A stretch of 64,000 nucleotides of DNA from Octopus vulgaris (GCA_951406725.2 OX597825.1:71734001-71798000); one strand, 5' to 3'; positions 1 to 12,069 are shown, numbered from the stretch's first letter. The notes: generated by a model from the sequence alone, not told the origin. Made by a program: numbers and translations.

Positions 1-160
1 GTCACTTAACGGTTCGGCAAAGAGACCGATAGAATAAGTACTGGGCTTACAAAGAATAAGTCCTGGGGGTCGATTTGCTCGACTAAAGGCGGTGCTCCAG
101 CATGGCCACAGTCAAATGACTGAAACAAGTAAAAGAGTAAAAGAGTAAAGAGTAAAGAGA
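1..160 (+). mobile_element. SINE family D, 3' part
   Basis: GGTTCGGCAAAAGAGACCGATAGAATAAGTACT...CCAGCATGGCCACAGTCAAATGACTGAAACAAG followed by (TAAAAGAG)n tail; same sequence as copies at 28300-28685 and 29025-29415. Confidence 0.85.
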
Positions 161-174
161 GAGGTGTACTGTTG

Positions 175-960
175 GCAGATTTCAAGATGCTTGGAAGTTT
201 TGAAGGATTTAGTGTCTCGACAGCTAACAACTGATGCGGGTAGTTTATTCCATGCTTCAGCAATTCTGAGCGTGAAAAAATGTTTCCGAAGGTCATGGGT
301 GCTGTGTTGTTTTTTGATTTTATAAGCAAGTCCGCGAGCGTTTGTACCAAGAAGGTACCCAAGGTTGTTGTTGGAAAGATGGTGGATAATCTTGTGAGTT
401 TCTATCAAGTCAGTTGCCGGACGTCCGAGCTTCAATGTATCCATGTTCAGGGAAGCAAAACGTTCACAGTATGGTAGATGTCTGACGGGGCGGGGTGTAT
501 TCGTTTGGTTGCACGTTTCTGAACAGTCTCCAGGAGATTTATACGCTGAGCAAGATAGGGATTGCAGATTGGAGATGCAAATTCCGAGTGTGGACGTACC
601 ATTGTCGTATACAATTTTAAATAGATAGCTAGAGAGCGGCTGACAAAGGTCTTATTGAGTGATGTTAGCACCCTCTCAGCCTTCTTGACAATCTTAGGGA
701 TGTGGTTTGTCCAACGCAGATCGTTGTCTACAACGGTGCCCAGATCACGTCCGCTTGAAGACTTCTTGAGATTGATGTTGCTGAGGGAGTATGTAAAGGC
801 TGGATTTTTCTCTCCCAAAATGCATGGTGACGCACTTGTCCACAACTAGCCTGAGTTGTCAGTCAGAGATCCATTGCTGCATTGTATCCAGGTCTGATTG
901 CAGGAAAGATCTATAACGCATAGGATCTGTTCTTTTTATTTCGAGGTGCAGCTTGAGGTA
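175..960 (-). mobile_element. 5'-truncated, frameshifted CR1-like LINE (RT C-terminus)
   Basis: Minus-strand peptides RDLGTVVDNDLRWTNHI, LKLYTTMVRPHSEFASPICNPY, LETVQKRATKRI and LRKHFFTLRIAEAWNKLPASVV match the C-terminal region of CR1-group ORF2, split over frames. Confidence 0.85.
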
Positions 961-1404
961 TTGGTTGTTGTTTAGCGCTCCCGGTTAAGGTCTGATCCAG
1001 CAGATATAAGATAAGCGCCATGTCAACCGCGACCATCTCATCTTATTAGAATTATTCTACGATCACCATTATCTAATGTTCCTCTCTTTACCTTTCCTTC
1101 GTAAAGTGTGTTGAGTGTTATTTAAGCGAGATTTAGTTTCTACACATGCTTTCAATAAGTTATTATAATTTTGAATAACGAGTTAAATTGTAAGTCCGCA
1201 CTATTCGGGAAATTCCACAACTCGTTTTCCGAATTATTTTTGTTCCAAATGTTATCCAGAGTTAATTCCCTTGATGTGACTTACCTCCCTTCGACTGTAA
1301 ACTCTAGTATTGTGTCTTCAATTTTTATAGAATTTTAGCCGCTGTCTGTCGGCGTATCTGCCTGTCTATAAATAGTACACTCTTTTGTTTTCAAAATATC
1401 GATC

Positions 1405-1440
<36 letters not shown>

Positions 1441-1669
1441 AATATACGCACACACACACACACATGTCTATCTATCTGTGTGTGTGTGTCTAAACGCACG
1501 TTTTCTATGTTTATTTGTCTGGAGGGTGACTCAATACTTTTGTAGAGTACAAATTATTCTGAAACAAGGATATTATTGATAGCAACTTCGAAGTTTCGAC
1601 CAGCTAACCCATCCTCAGACTGGTCGAAAGTTGGAAGTTATTGTCAATAATGTTTTTGTAGAAGAAATA

Positions 1670-2147
<478 letters not shown>

Positions 2148-2877
2148 CCACCCAACCGCCCGGAGTACTACTCTGAACTGTGGTCACAACATAGTGCCAA
2201 GCTAATAGCGGATCCTGAATTGAGCCAACGTCACGACACTCAAATGACAGTTACAGATGCACTTCAGGAAGAGGGTGAAAAAACTACGGCTTCACTCTCT
2301 TGATTGAAGATGCGACAGGTGTGTAATAATGTACATATGATAAATTCTGAAACAGTTAGTATCTAATTTCAGCTGAGAGTGTTATAGAACTGCCCGTTGG
2401 GTTATGAAATACCCAATGGTATCCTCTAACCCAGTGCTACTCAAAGTTTTAGTTAGACAGTCGGATTCCTCCAGTCCGAACCAGTTCCGGGTCGACTGTT
2501 CGCCGCCGGCCGAACGCCTGCCGTCCATCGCTGCCGGCATGAAGTACAGATGTGGGAAATGCACATACAGGCGTGATAATATGAAATCTTACCATCCTGA
2601 AAAAAATCAGCCAAAGAAAATGTACAAAATCACGGTGGTGCTCCAGCATGACCACAGTCACGTTGCTGAAACGAATAAAAGAATATGTATGAATTGTGTC
2701 TTTCAATTTTTTTTTCATTCATTTCAATCCGTTTTACCCTGCTTGCTTTTGCGTTTTACCCTGCTTGCTTAAAAATTAGTTCCAGGATTGATCCGTTCAC
2801 CTAAAGTCCCAAATATTGCATGACGGCAATCGAATGACTGGGACAAACAAGAGATAAAAAGTAATATATATATATAT

Positions 2878-3095
2878 AGGGGGTACTGAAAAGTTCCTGG
2901 CTTTTACGATGTTCTGAAAGGCCTGGCTGGAGGCCCAACATTCCGATTTCTTTTACTGGGCTTAGAAAAACTGAAGCATCGTTGCAATAGATAGGTGAAT
3001 TTGAGAGGGGAATATGTTGAATAAAATCATAATTAACTGATCCTCTTGTATTTTCTTTTACTCAAACTCAAAGCCAGGAGCTTTTCAGTACCCCT

Positions 3096-3097
<2 letters not shown>
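2878..3097 (+). mobile_element. mariner-derived MITE
   Basis: TIRs GGGGTACTGAAAAGTTCCTGGCTTT / AAAGCCAGGAGCTTTTCAGTACCCC, TA flanks; internal remnant GLEKLKHRCNR*VNLRGEYVE* of mariner transposase C-terminus. Confidence 0.85.
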
Positions 3098-3156
<59 letters not shown>

Positions 3157-3158
<2 letters not shown>

Positions 3159-3448
3159 AGGTGCAATGGCCCAGTGGTTAGGGCAGCGGACTCGCGGTTG
3201 TAGGATCGCGGTTTCGATTCCCAGACCGGGCGTTGTGAGTGTTTATTGAGCGAAAACACCTAAAAGCTCCACGAGGCTCCGGTAGGGGATGGTGGTGATC
3301 CCTGCTGTACTCTTTCAACACTCTTTCTCCCACTCTTTCTTCTGTTGGCCTGCTCGCTTAGCCAGCGGGGTGGCGTCATTCGAAGGCTAAAACAATGCGA
3401 ACGCAATGTGACCAGCGATGTGTAACTACATCTGATGAACTGGTCGGT

Positions 3449-3455
<7 letters not shown>
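3157..3455 (+). mobile_element. tRNA-derived SINE family B, tail type 1
   Basis: A-box TGGCCCAGTGG, B-box GGTTTCGATTCCC, shared body GTGTTTATTGAGCGAAAACACCTAAAAGCTCCACGAGG. Confidence 0.85.
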
Positions 3456-3502
<47 letters not shown>

Positions 3503-3608
3503 GTGTGTGTGTAATTATATATATATATGTGTGTATGTGTGTGTATATGTGTATACACATACATGCATAAATACACACACACACACGCACACACATGATG
3601 GATGACAA

Positions 3609-3853
3609 TTTCCAGAAAGTAATTCCTTCCCCTCCTCGGTAATTTCCAGAAAGTAATTTCTCCCCCTCCCTCGGAACTTTCCAGAAAGTAACTCCTCCCT
3701 CCCTCGAAACTTTCCAGGAAGTAAGTCACCCCTCCTAGGACCTTTCCAGGAAGTAATTCTCCCCCCTCCCCCCTTCCTCAGAGCTTTTCAGGTCGTAATT
3801 CACCCTTCCTTGGAATTTCCAGGAAGTAATTACCCCTCCTCCTCCTCGGAACT
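3609..3853. repeat. minisatellite, 7 imperfect ~31-41 bp units
   Basis: Each unit starts TTT(C/T)CAG, mostly TTTCCAG(A/G)AAGTAA, followed by a C-rich tract. Confidence 0.85.
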
Positions 3854-4165
3854 TACATACAGCTATCTACATAACATCACATGCAAGAATCTTGCAAACC
3901 AAATTCCAAAACGAAATATAATAAGCTTTAGCCAAGCTAGCAAGACATTTAGATACACCGTGCTCTGCTGTCTGACAGCTCCAGTATCACTTTGATGGCA
4001 TGCACTGCTATCTTAATAATAATAATAATAATAATAATGATAACAATAACAACGACAGATATATACCCGGATGCATCACGCACGCGCACACACTCACCCA
4101 CCCATACACACTCGCACGCGCACATACTCCCCCACCCATACACACTCGCACGCGCACATACTCCC

Positions 4166-4200
<35 letters not shown>

Positions 4201-4204
<4 letters not shown>

Positions 4205-4472
4205 AATTAAGGACTGAACACGAAAAGTGGACAGTCAACATGCTAGATATAGACGTCAAATCGCCATTCTCCACAAAAGATTATGTTCTCAAGAACATAA
4301 TCTTTTGTGGAGAATGGCGATTTGACGTCTATATCTAGCATGTTGACTGTCCACTTTTCGTGTTCAGTCCTTAATTGGTATATATAAATATTTTAATCTT
4401 CGGATTCTTTTTTTAATATGCTAGACCACTGGTTTTAATTGATAAATATCAATTTCTACCCTTAATTAATTT

Positions 4473-4475
<3 letters not shown>
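4201..4475. mobile_element. fold-back element: perfect 180-bp palindrome (4201-4380) plus unique tail, in (TA)n
   Basis: 89-bp arms exactly complementary around a 2-nt loop at 4290-4291; tail AATCTTCGGATT...TATGCTAGACCACTGGTTT shared with 7130-7230. Confidence 0.8.
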
Positions 4476-4520
<45 letters not shown>

Positions 4521-4523
<3 letters not shown>

Positions 4524-5305
4524 TACAAAGTGAGATAGGGGTTGTGAGTGTAACCCTCTATGGGATAACATATATCCAATATACTGCTAGTAAAGCACCC
4601 AGAAATGCTAATACATAAATGCTAAGAATTGCAATGCAATTAATTCATTTATTGTATTTTATGGGCGAAGGTAAAATGTTTTACCTCAAATTCATAATAC
4701 AAAATAAGAAAATGGAGGAATACACTTTAATCAATCATCAACTACCAGATTATACCCATTCGCATAATTTATTAACCAACTACACAGGAACATCTAGATA
4801 AAACACAATAATACAGGACAAAACAGAACACATCAATGATTTTGATTTTGATTTTTTGATTTTTCCAGTTTCAGCTAATGAGCTGTGGCCATGCTGGGGC
4901 ACCGCCATTAATGAGTAATATGATACCATAAGTACAATACGTATAAATAAATATAAATAAATATAAATATAAACTAGATCTTACAGCTGTTTCAGCCATG
5001 TAGATAAGAGTATCTCATTATGCTCATATTAGCCAGGTGTGTTAAGGTAATATGTGGTTATAAATGCGATACTTACATATATATCCCAAGGCCATGGCTG
5101 AAACAGCTGTAAGATCTAGTTTATATTTATATTTATTTATACGTATTGTACTTATGGTATCATATTACTCATTGATGTGTACTGTTTTGTCCTGTATTAT
5201 TGTGTTTGATCTAGATGTTTCTATGTAGTTGGTTAATAAATTATGTGAATGGGTATTATCTGGTAGTTGATGATTGATTAAAGTGTATTCCTCATTTTCT
5301 TATTT

Positions 5306-5310
<5 letters not shown>
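4521..5310. mobile_element. long inverted-repeat element in (TA)n, possibly Penelope-derived
   Basis: Arms ~4695-5000 and ~5092-5310 around a ~90-bp spacer; inner ends carry GAAACAGCTGTA; SINE tail inserted in left arm; homologous partial copy at 23221-23550. Confidence 0.7.
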
Positions 5311-5343
<33 letters not shown>

Positions 5344-5670
5344 CTCTCTTCATCACATTCACGCATAAAATTGAAATCAACACATAAAATTGAGTACATA
5401 TATATTTTATTATCTTAGAATCTACTGAAGCGTAATAAGTCTCTTAGAATCCATATGTAGAAAAAAATATTAAACATTAAAAAAAAACAAGAAACACATA
5501 AAAACAAAAATCGTGACTGTCACGTGATGATGCTAATATTCAATACTCAATATCCGCTCACTGATTGATAAATGTGTGAAACCAAGGTTTGCCTTACCTA
5601 TATAAACATACAAACACATATACGTACTTACATTTATTTACACACACACACACACACACACATACACACA

Positions 5671-5702
<32 letters not shown>

Positions 5703-5727
5703 TACACATATATATATAGACACATGT

Positions 5728-5989
5728 GGAGGCGCAATGGCCAGTGGTTAGGGTAGCGGACTCGCAGTTATAGGATCGCGGTTTCGATTCCCGGACCGGG
5801 CGTTGTGAGTGATTATTGAGCGAAAACACCTAAAGCTCCACGAGGCTCCGGCAGGGGGTGGTGGCGATCTCTTTCGCCACAATTTTCTCTCACTCTTTCT
5901 TCTGTTGGCGTCATTTGAAGGCTAAAACAATGCGAAGCGCATTGTGACCAGCAATGTGTAACAACACCTGATAGCCTGGTCGGTCACGT
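5728..5989 (+). mobile_element. tRNA-derived SINE family B, tail type 1
   Basis: Homologous to 3157-3455 with internal deletions. Confidence 0.85.
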
Positions 5990-6377
5990 TGCAACAGATT
6001 TACTGTCAGCTCTGTATGCGTACGGATATGACTTTCCAGGCTATCTACGTATTAAATACAAAGCATATACAACACACACACATACACACACACACACACA
6101 TATGCATACACATACACATACATATGTATATATATAGCAGCTTTTAAGCTGAAGTGAAGACAGCATGTTCTTTGTCTATCTCCTTACCTTCTTGGAGATT
6201 TTAGGTAAAATTATACTAATGTGTCCATCTGTTTTAATTTAATTAAATTCTATGCTTTTATGCAGCTGAGGATTGCTCTGCATTAAATTGATCTAATGAT
6301 TGCATTGTTCAATTAAATGGAGTTGCTTGAAACGATCGTACTGCATTACCTCTAGATATCCTTGTTGGCTTATTTTG

Positions 6378-6429
<52 letters not shown>

Positions 6430-6621
6430 CAAAATAAGCAACAAGGATATATATATATATATATGTATGTATGTATACGATGGCCTTCTTTCTGTTTCCA
6501 TCTACCAAATCCACTCACAGGGCTTTGGTCGGCCTGAGGCTATAGTAGAAACACGTATCATTTGACTTGCTCATTTTTGCATTCTGGCGTTTTTGCTGAG
6601 ATTTTTCTTGAGAACACACCC

Positions 6622-6679
<58 letters not shown>

Positions 6680-6737
6680 ATGTGCTTAAACCTTTTTATT
6701 TACAGAATTATAAAAACCGACACTGCCATATATATAT

Positions 6738-6924
6738 GTAGGTCCCGGGTTGAGTCGGGGTTAACCACAGTAAATAAGGTACTCAATACATTGCAGAGTA
6801 AAGTAATTTATTTTATAGAAGGAGCTTCTACAGGACTAGAACTGTTTCATTCAGATGAAATCTTCAGGAAGCTTCCTGAAGATTTCATCTGAATGAAACA
6901 GTTCTAGTCCTGTAGAAGCTCCTT

Positions 6925-6930
<6 letters not shown>
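6738..6930. mobile_element. palindromic element with hammerhead-like motifs, copy 1
   Basis: Perfect 118-bp palindrome 6813-6930 preceded by a unique leader GTAGGTCCCGGGTTGAGTCGGGG; near-identical copy at 23586-23782; TA flanks. Confidence 0.85.
6870..6920 (+). ncRNA. hammerhead ribozyme-like motif (type I topology; mirrored on the minus strand)
   Basis: AGCUUC-CUGAAGA-UUUCAUCUGAAU-GAAACAG-UUCUAGUC-CUGUA-GAAGCU: core CUGANGA/GAAA, stem I 6 bp, stem III ACAG/CUGU, GUA triplet; U-U mismatch at the base of stem II. Confidence 0.6.
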
Positions 6931-6980
<50 letters not shown>

Positions 6981-6984
<4 letters not shown>

Positions 6985-7228
6985 TAAGAGGAATGCTCAC
7001 TAAAGTGGATTCCTAATAAGCGAAAGATAGACGTCAAATCACCTTACCATCAAGAGTGATAAGGCGATTTGAGATCTATCTTTAGCATATCAGGAATCCA
7101 CTTTAGTGGTCATTCCTTTTATTAATTGTAATATAATTTTAAAATCTTCGGATTTTTTAAATATGCTAGACCACTGGTTTGAATTGATGTTAATTGATTG
7201 ATATCAATGTCTACCCTCATTAGTTAAT

Positions 7229-7230
<2 letters not shown>
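6981..7230. mobile_element. fold-back element, same family as 4201-4475
   Basis: Imperfect palindrome 6981-7125 sharing AAGTGGA and ATAGACGTCAAATC, plus the same tail. Confidence 0.75.
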
Positions 7231-7286
<56 letters not shown>

Positions 7287-7338
7287 TTGGTAAGCAGTGT
7301 CGGTTTTTATAATTCTGAAAATAAAAAGCTTTAAGCTC

Positions 7339-7379
<41 letters not shown>

Positions 7380-7380
7380 G

Positions 7381-7419
<39 letters not shown>

Positions 7420-7421
7420 AG

Positions 7422-7455
<34 letters not shown>

Positions 7456-7498
7456 GTTGGTACAAACAGGAGAATAGAACTCAAAAGATGTATATTTT

Positions 7499-7574
7499 TA
7501 TTAATATTTAGTAGAAGCAACACACGAAACTCTCGGACTTTGAGTTACTCTGTTGCTTCTGCTAAATATTAATA
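7499..7574. repeat. hairpin / inverted repeat
   Basis: TATTAATATTTAGTAGAAGCAACA ... TGTTGCTTCTGCTAAATATTAATA, 24-bp arms with one mismatch. Confidence 0.8.
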
Positions 7575-7584
7575 TATATATATG

Positions 7585-7680
<96 letters not shown>

Positions 7681-9523
7681 TGTGTGTGTGTGTGCATGCA
7701 CGCATGCGCTTGTATGCATATAGACACGCTTGTAACATGTTAAGCTAGTCACCACCTTTGGTCAGAGAATGTAGATAATTATTAAGAAGTAAGAAATATA
7801 CGAAAAAAAAAAATGAAAAATAAGTAGGAAATAATACAATATTAATAAAGTATTATAGAAATATTAATGCTAAACACATGAATAATAAAAATAATACAAA
7901 GTCAACATAACTTAGATACAGCCGTAATGTACTTCTGTGTATTTTCTTCTGCGTGAATAATATCAGAAAATGTAGGTATGCAAGTATTACATCGCTGTAA
8001 AGTGCTCTGCAGGACAGGACGGACAGCCCACCTAGTGTAATACATCTGAGCATGTAAAGTTTGGTCAAAATTGTATAACTCAAGCTTTCGTATTTGAATA
8101 GAACATTTTGGGTGATTAGTCGGTATGCAGCGTGAAAAGACATGATGCAGGCATACTTACTGAAGCGGGGGTACGACGACAGATATAAAACTGCAGCGGT
8201 CTTAAAGCTAAAAGGTCAAAAGGTAAAGAAAAATGTCGAAGCTAAAAGCGATGATGAAAATGAGATCTGAAGTACATATGCGTTTAGAGAAGCGCATGGC
8301 ATTGTTTTTCAAGAACGAAAATTATTATCCGATGAGAAAGTCGTATGATATTTTTGTTTTGTTGAAAACAAGAAAAGATCAGGTGAAGAAGTTCAGTGGT
8401 TGCGTCAATATTTTGTACATCTCTGATATACAGCGAGAGCATTTGTTGTTGATATACGTCGGCACAATTTCAGTAACTGACCAGTTGATTTCTAATTAAG
8501 AACACTTCTATCTTTTAAATCCCAGATATATTTGGAAAGTAAAGATGAGCCACTTTTGAGTTCATGTCTGAATAAATAAGTCTGTCGATAAAAGTACACT
8601 CATTGAGTACACTGCTTTCAGTAGAGACTTGTGCGCACTATACAACACTTTTCCGAAGGCATTTGCCTTTTAATAGGCAGGGATTATTTATGGGGTAGCC
8701 ACATTGCAGAAGTAAGCTTTCTATGTTTGTGTGTGCCTCCTTCTTCTAATTGATCTTTGTTGAAGACGAAATTATCACGGCATCGGAAACTAACCTTAAC
8801 GTTATGCCTACCAAAAACCACGTAGAGTTTATGACAAGCATGAAAATCCTTATTTATTAGATGTTGAAAAGAACGTGCAATATCATAGCTAATGTTTAAT
8901 CTAAATAGATTAGATTATACAATATAATCTTCCTTTTTGGAGTATTCCTGGATTTAAAAGCATTACTACTCTTGGTATTTATGACGGAACCATTTCCACA
9001 TAAACCTTCGCTTTAGTACTGCACAGTACAGTTAAATTGCTCTTCGGAAGATACGCTGAAAATCCTTCATCACATTCATTGTTTCAATATCTGTTTGCAG
9101 AGTTTTGTGTATTCGCGTGTGCTTGTATGCGTTCGCCCAAGTACTTGCATTAACGCATGGCTATACATGTCTATGTTCATATATATGAATATATTATACA
9201 TATTAAGTTTGTTTGAGACCACGATTGGCTTAAGTTGTGTGCAAGCATAAATACTTGAGTTTGTGATTGTGCATGTATTGGTGTGTGTGTGTATATGTAT
9301 AGGCGTCTAATTAGTTATACCATTTTCTTGCATCAGACAATGTGCATGTGTATATATATAACTATATGTAAATATGAATATGTGTTTGTGCCTGTATATA
9401 AGTAAGCAAAATTTCGTTTTCGCATTGATATTTATCAATCAGTCAGGGGATTTTTAATATTACAATTATCACGTGAAAATTAGTGTATTCTTTCCGAAGT
9501 CTTCCAGAATGCTTAGTACTTTG

Positions 9524-9568
<45 letters not shown>

Positions 9569-9674
9569 GTTTTAAATTCTGTTTAGTTTGATAGATGCTT
9601 TGAGACGAAACTTTTAGGCCCTTAAGCCACTCCTGTAATTTCTCAGCTAATGCATTTACATAAATATACACACA

Positions 9675-9710
<36 letters not shown>

Positions 9711-9862
9711 TTCATAAAAACGCGTATATGTGAGAGTACTGTATATGTGTGAGAGATACAACGTCGGTTTTATATTTTTTTTTGGTGTAAATGTTTTGCA
9801 TTTATCATTGTAAATGTTTATATGTCTTCAAAAGAAGAAAATAGTTTACATTAAAATATATT

Positions 9863-10564
9863 TCAGTATAATTTCACATTCTTTCTTGATTTGCGTGTCC
9901 AAAAGATATAGTGTAAGAACTCTCCAACGAAATAGAATCCTGCAAGACAACCCCACATGCATGCCAGGAACAATATTCTGTACCATATCGGTAGATAGTC
10001 GAGAAATGGATAAATCCACGTCCTCGTACGATGCGCAATCCACACCATCCACACTTGATAGCAACCTGTTAAAGCTAGAATTCCTATAACTCCATTCTTC
10101 GGGTACGTTTGGTTATAGAAGAATTTATCCAACCACTGAAGCACTATGGGCACCGAATGAAGAATATGGTTGAGCCACCACGGAATAATGTCATCGAGAT
10201 AGGATGGATATATCAATTCACGATGAAAAAAAAATATAATCCAGAATGATAAACAGACGAAGTTACCGAGAGGAAATGCCATACCGCAAGATATATATCT
10301 TACCAGTCGCTTTAGTTTCGTTTTGCTATAAAGTTCGTTCGAAAATGCATTGTTCTTGTCGAAATCATTGCGATTGTAGATGTCTGATACCAGTGCCAGT
10401 CCAAAATATATGGTCTGTAAGACGATATCCCAGTACGTAGCATAACGTACTTTTCCGGCGTAGACTGACCAGCCGTAAGTAACAACGAAGGTGTCGTAAT
10501 ACAAGCCGAATCCCGTAATGAGGAAACAAAGCAAATGAAATAACGTTACCAGAACTTTGGCCAT
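9863..10564 (-). CDS. AIG1: FAR-17a/AIG1 family multi-pass membrane protein (AIG1/ADTRP-like), 233 aa, single ORF
   Basis: Motifs GKVRYATYWDIVLQTIYF (catalytic Thr), FWIIFFFHRELIYP, IPWWLNHILHSVP (catalytic His), WIYPFLD; about six hydrophobic segments; AAAAATGG start context. AIG1 versus ADTRP cannot be resolved without phylogeny. Confidence 0.9.
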   Translation of the reverse strand: MAKVLVTLFHLLCFLITGFGLYYDTFVVTYGWSVYAGKVRYATYWDIVLQTIYFGLALVSDIYNRNDFDKNNAFSNELYSKTKLKRLVRYISCGMAFPLGNFVCLSFWIIFFFHRELIYPSYLDDIIPWWLNHILHSVPIVLQWLDKFFYNQTYPKNGVIGILALTGCYQVWMVWIAHRTRTWIYPFLDYLPIWYRILFLACMWGCLAGFYFVGEFLHYIFWTRKSRKNVKLY

Positions 10565-11024
10565 TTTTACTTCAAGATTTCTTCCTTTCTGTTGTTATTT
10601 AAAAATTTTTTTTCCGTAAAAATTTCTTTTCCGGTTCTTTGAATTTCACAATTGTCTCCTTTCTGCTTTGCATTAAATAATTTAAAGTAAAAAATAAATA
10701 GAAATAAATAAATGAACGAATAAAACTGCGTTCATCCAAATTAGAAAGAAACGAAGGAAAAAACCCAGAAGTATTCGACCTTTTTCTTCTCTTTCCTTAT
10801 ATTCTTCACCAACCAATTCGACAAGGCTGAATCGAACAATTACATGAACTTCAAAGAAAGACCTGTAGTACGGCGTATTATAGTTACGTTCCCTTTCGTC
10901 ATTCAGCAAAATAAAAGTGTTGCAAAGCTCATCAAGAACTGTTTCACTCTCTTATTATAACACAACGAACATGTTAACATCACATGTCTTATCTAATAAA
11001 TCTTGCTCAAAGTCTGTATCACGT

Positions 11025-11032
11025 TGACGTCA
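11025..11032. promoter_or_regulatory. CRE-type palindrome TGACGTCA upstream of the AIG1-like ORF
   Basis: Exact 8-mer ~460 bp 5' of the ATG in non-repetitive DNA; function untested. Confidence 0.3.
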
Positions 11033-11189
11033 CACTTATCGGACATGCATGGTTCATCAATGGGTACCGATTGTTATCACGCCCTTTACTGGGCCTAAAA
11101 CTAGTAATTATTCGGTTGGAGTAAACAAACACTAATGATTAGCCCGTTTTATGTGCGGATGTGTATACATACTTAGATACATACATACA

Positions 11190-11222
<33 letters not shown>

Positions 11223-11774
11223 GCATGCATTCATAAATACAAACGCATGCACGCTCGTATGTATGTATGTATGTATGTATGTATGTATGTATGCATACAT
11301 GTATGTATGTACACACACACACATACACTCAAGCACACACACACGCACACACACATACGCACACACACTCACGCACACACACAGACACTCACGCACACAC
11401 ACACACATACATATATAAGTAAACACCTCATAATCATTTCATATTTTGTTATCAATATTACAGTTTGTGTTTTTCTACTTCACAGATAGCAAGTCATTGA
11501 AGGAGGTCTCTCTAGGGGGTCGCTAGGTCTGCAAGAAACAGCAACCAAATCTTCATAAAAATCACACTCTTCGTTCTTCATTTAGCATTTAGCAAGCCAC
11601 ATGCTTCTCCAATTGGAGGAATCCTTCTCTCGATTCCACCCATCTCCAGCAATTTGGCACTGGACTTTGTCTCGAGGATTTGTTTTGTCACTCCGTCACA
11701 ACCACCACCACCACTACCACCACCACCACCACCACCACCACCACCACCACCACCATCACCACAACAACTACCAT

Positions 11775-12030
11775 CTAGGCCTATGAGCTGGGCCGTCTCA
11801 GCAGCTTTATGTGCCCTGGCCAGATTAGTGCGTTGGGTCCTTTTACTTCACCCCTCCTATCTAGGTCTACGAACAGGGCTGTATTAGCAGCTTTATGGGT
11901 CGCCGGACAAATCAGTGCATTGGGTCCTTTTACTCCCCCACGACCATCAAGGCCGACAGACAAGGCCGACAGACAAGGCCGTCCTATCAGCTTTATGGGC
12001 CCCTGGGCAGATCATTGCATGGAGTCCAAT
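11775..12030 (+). repeat. three diverged ~85-100 bp tandem units resembling a hAT-MITE terminus
   Basis: GG(C/G)C(C/T)GT..CAGCTTTATG..CA(G/A)AT..GTCC repeated three times. Confidence 0.6.
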
Positions 12031-12069
12031 GGTACATTTTTTTTACATCAAGCCGCAATATATATATAG

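Noticed and set aside
2148-2580. GC-richer unique segment with short ORFs
   Set aside because: No recognisable motif or consistent splice signals
3157-3235. tRNA gene candidates at SINE heads
   Set aside because: A/B boxes continue into shared SINE bodies with TSDs; cloverleaf incomplete
8150-8900. Possible very old piggyBac transposase remnant (SVTDQLI and similar)
   Set aside because: Similarity too weak to support without a profile search
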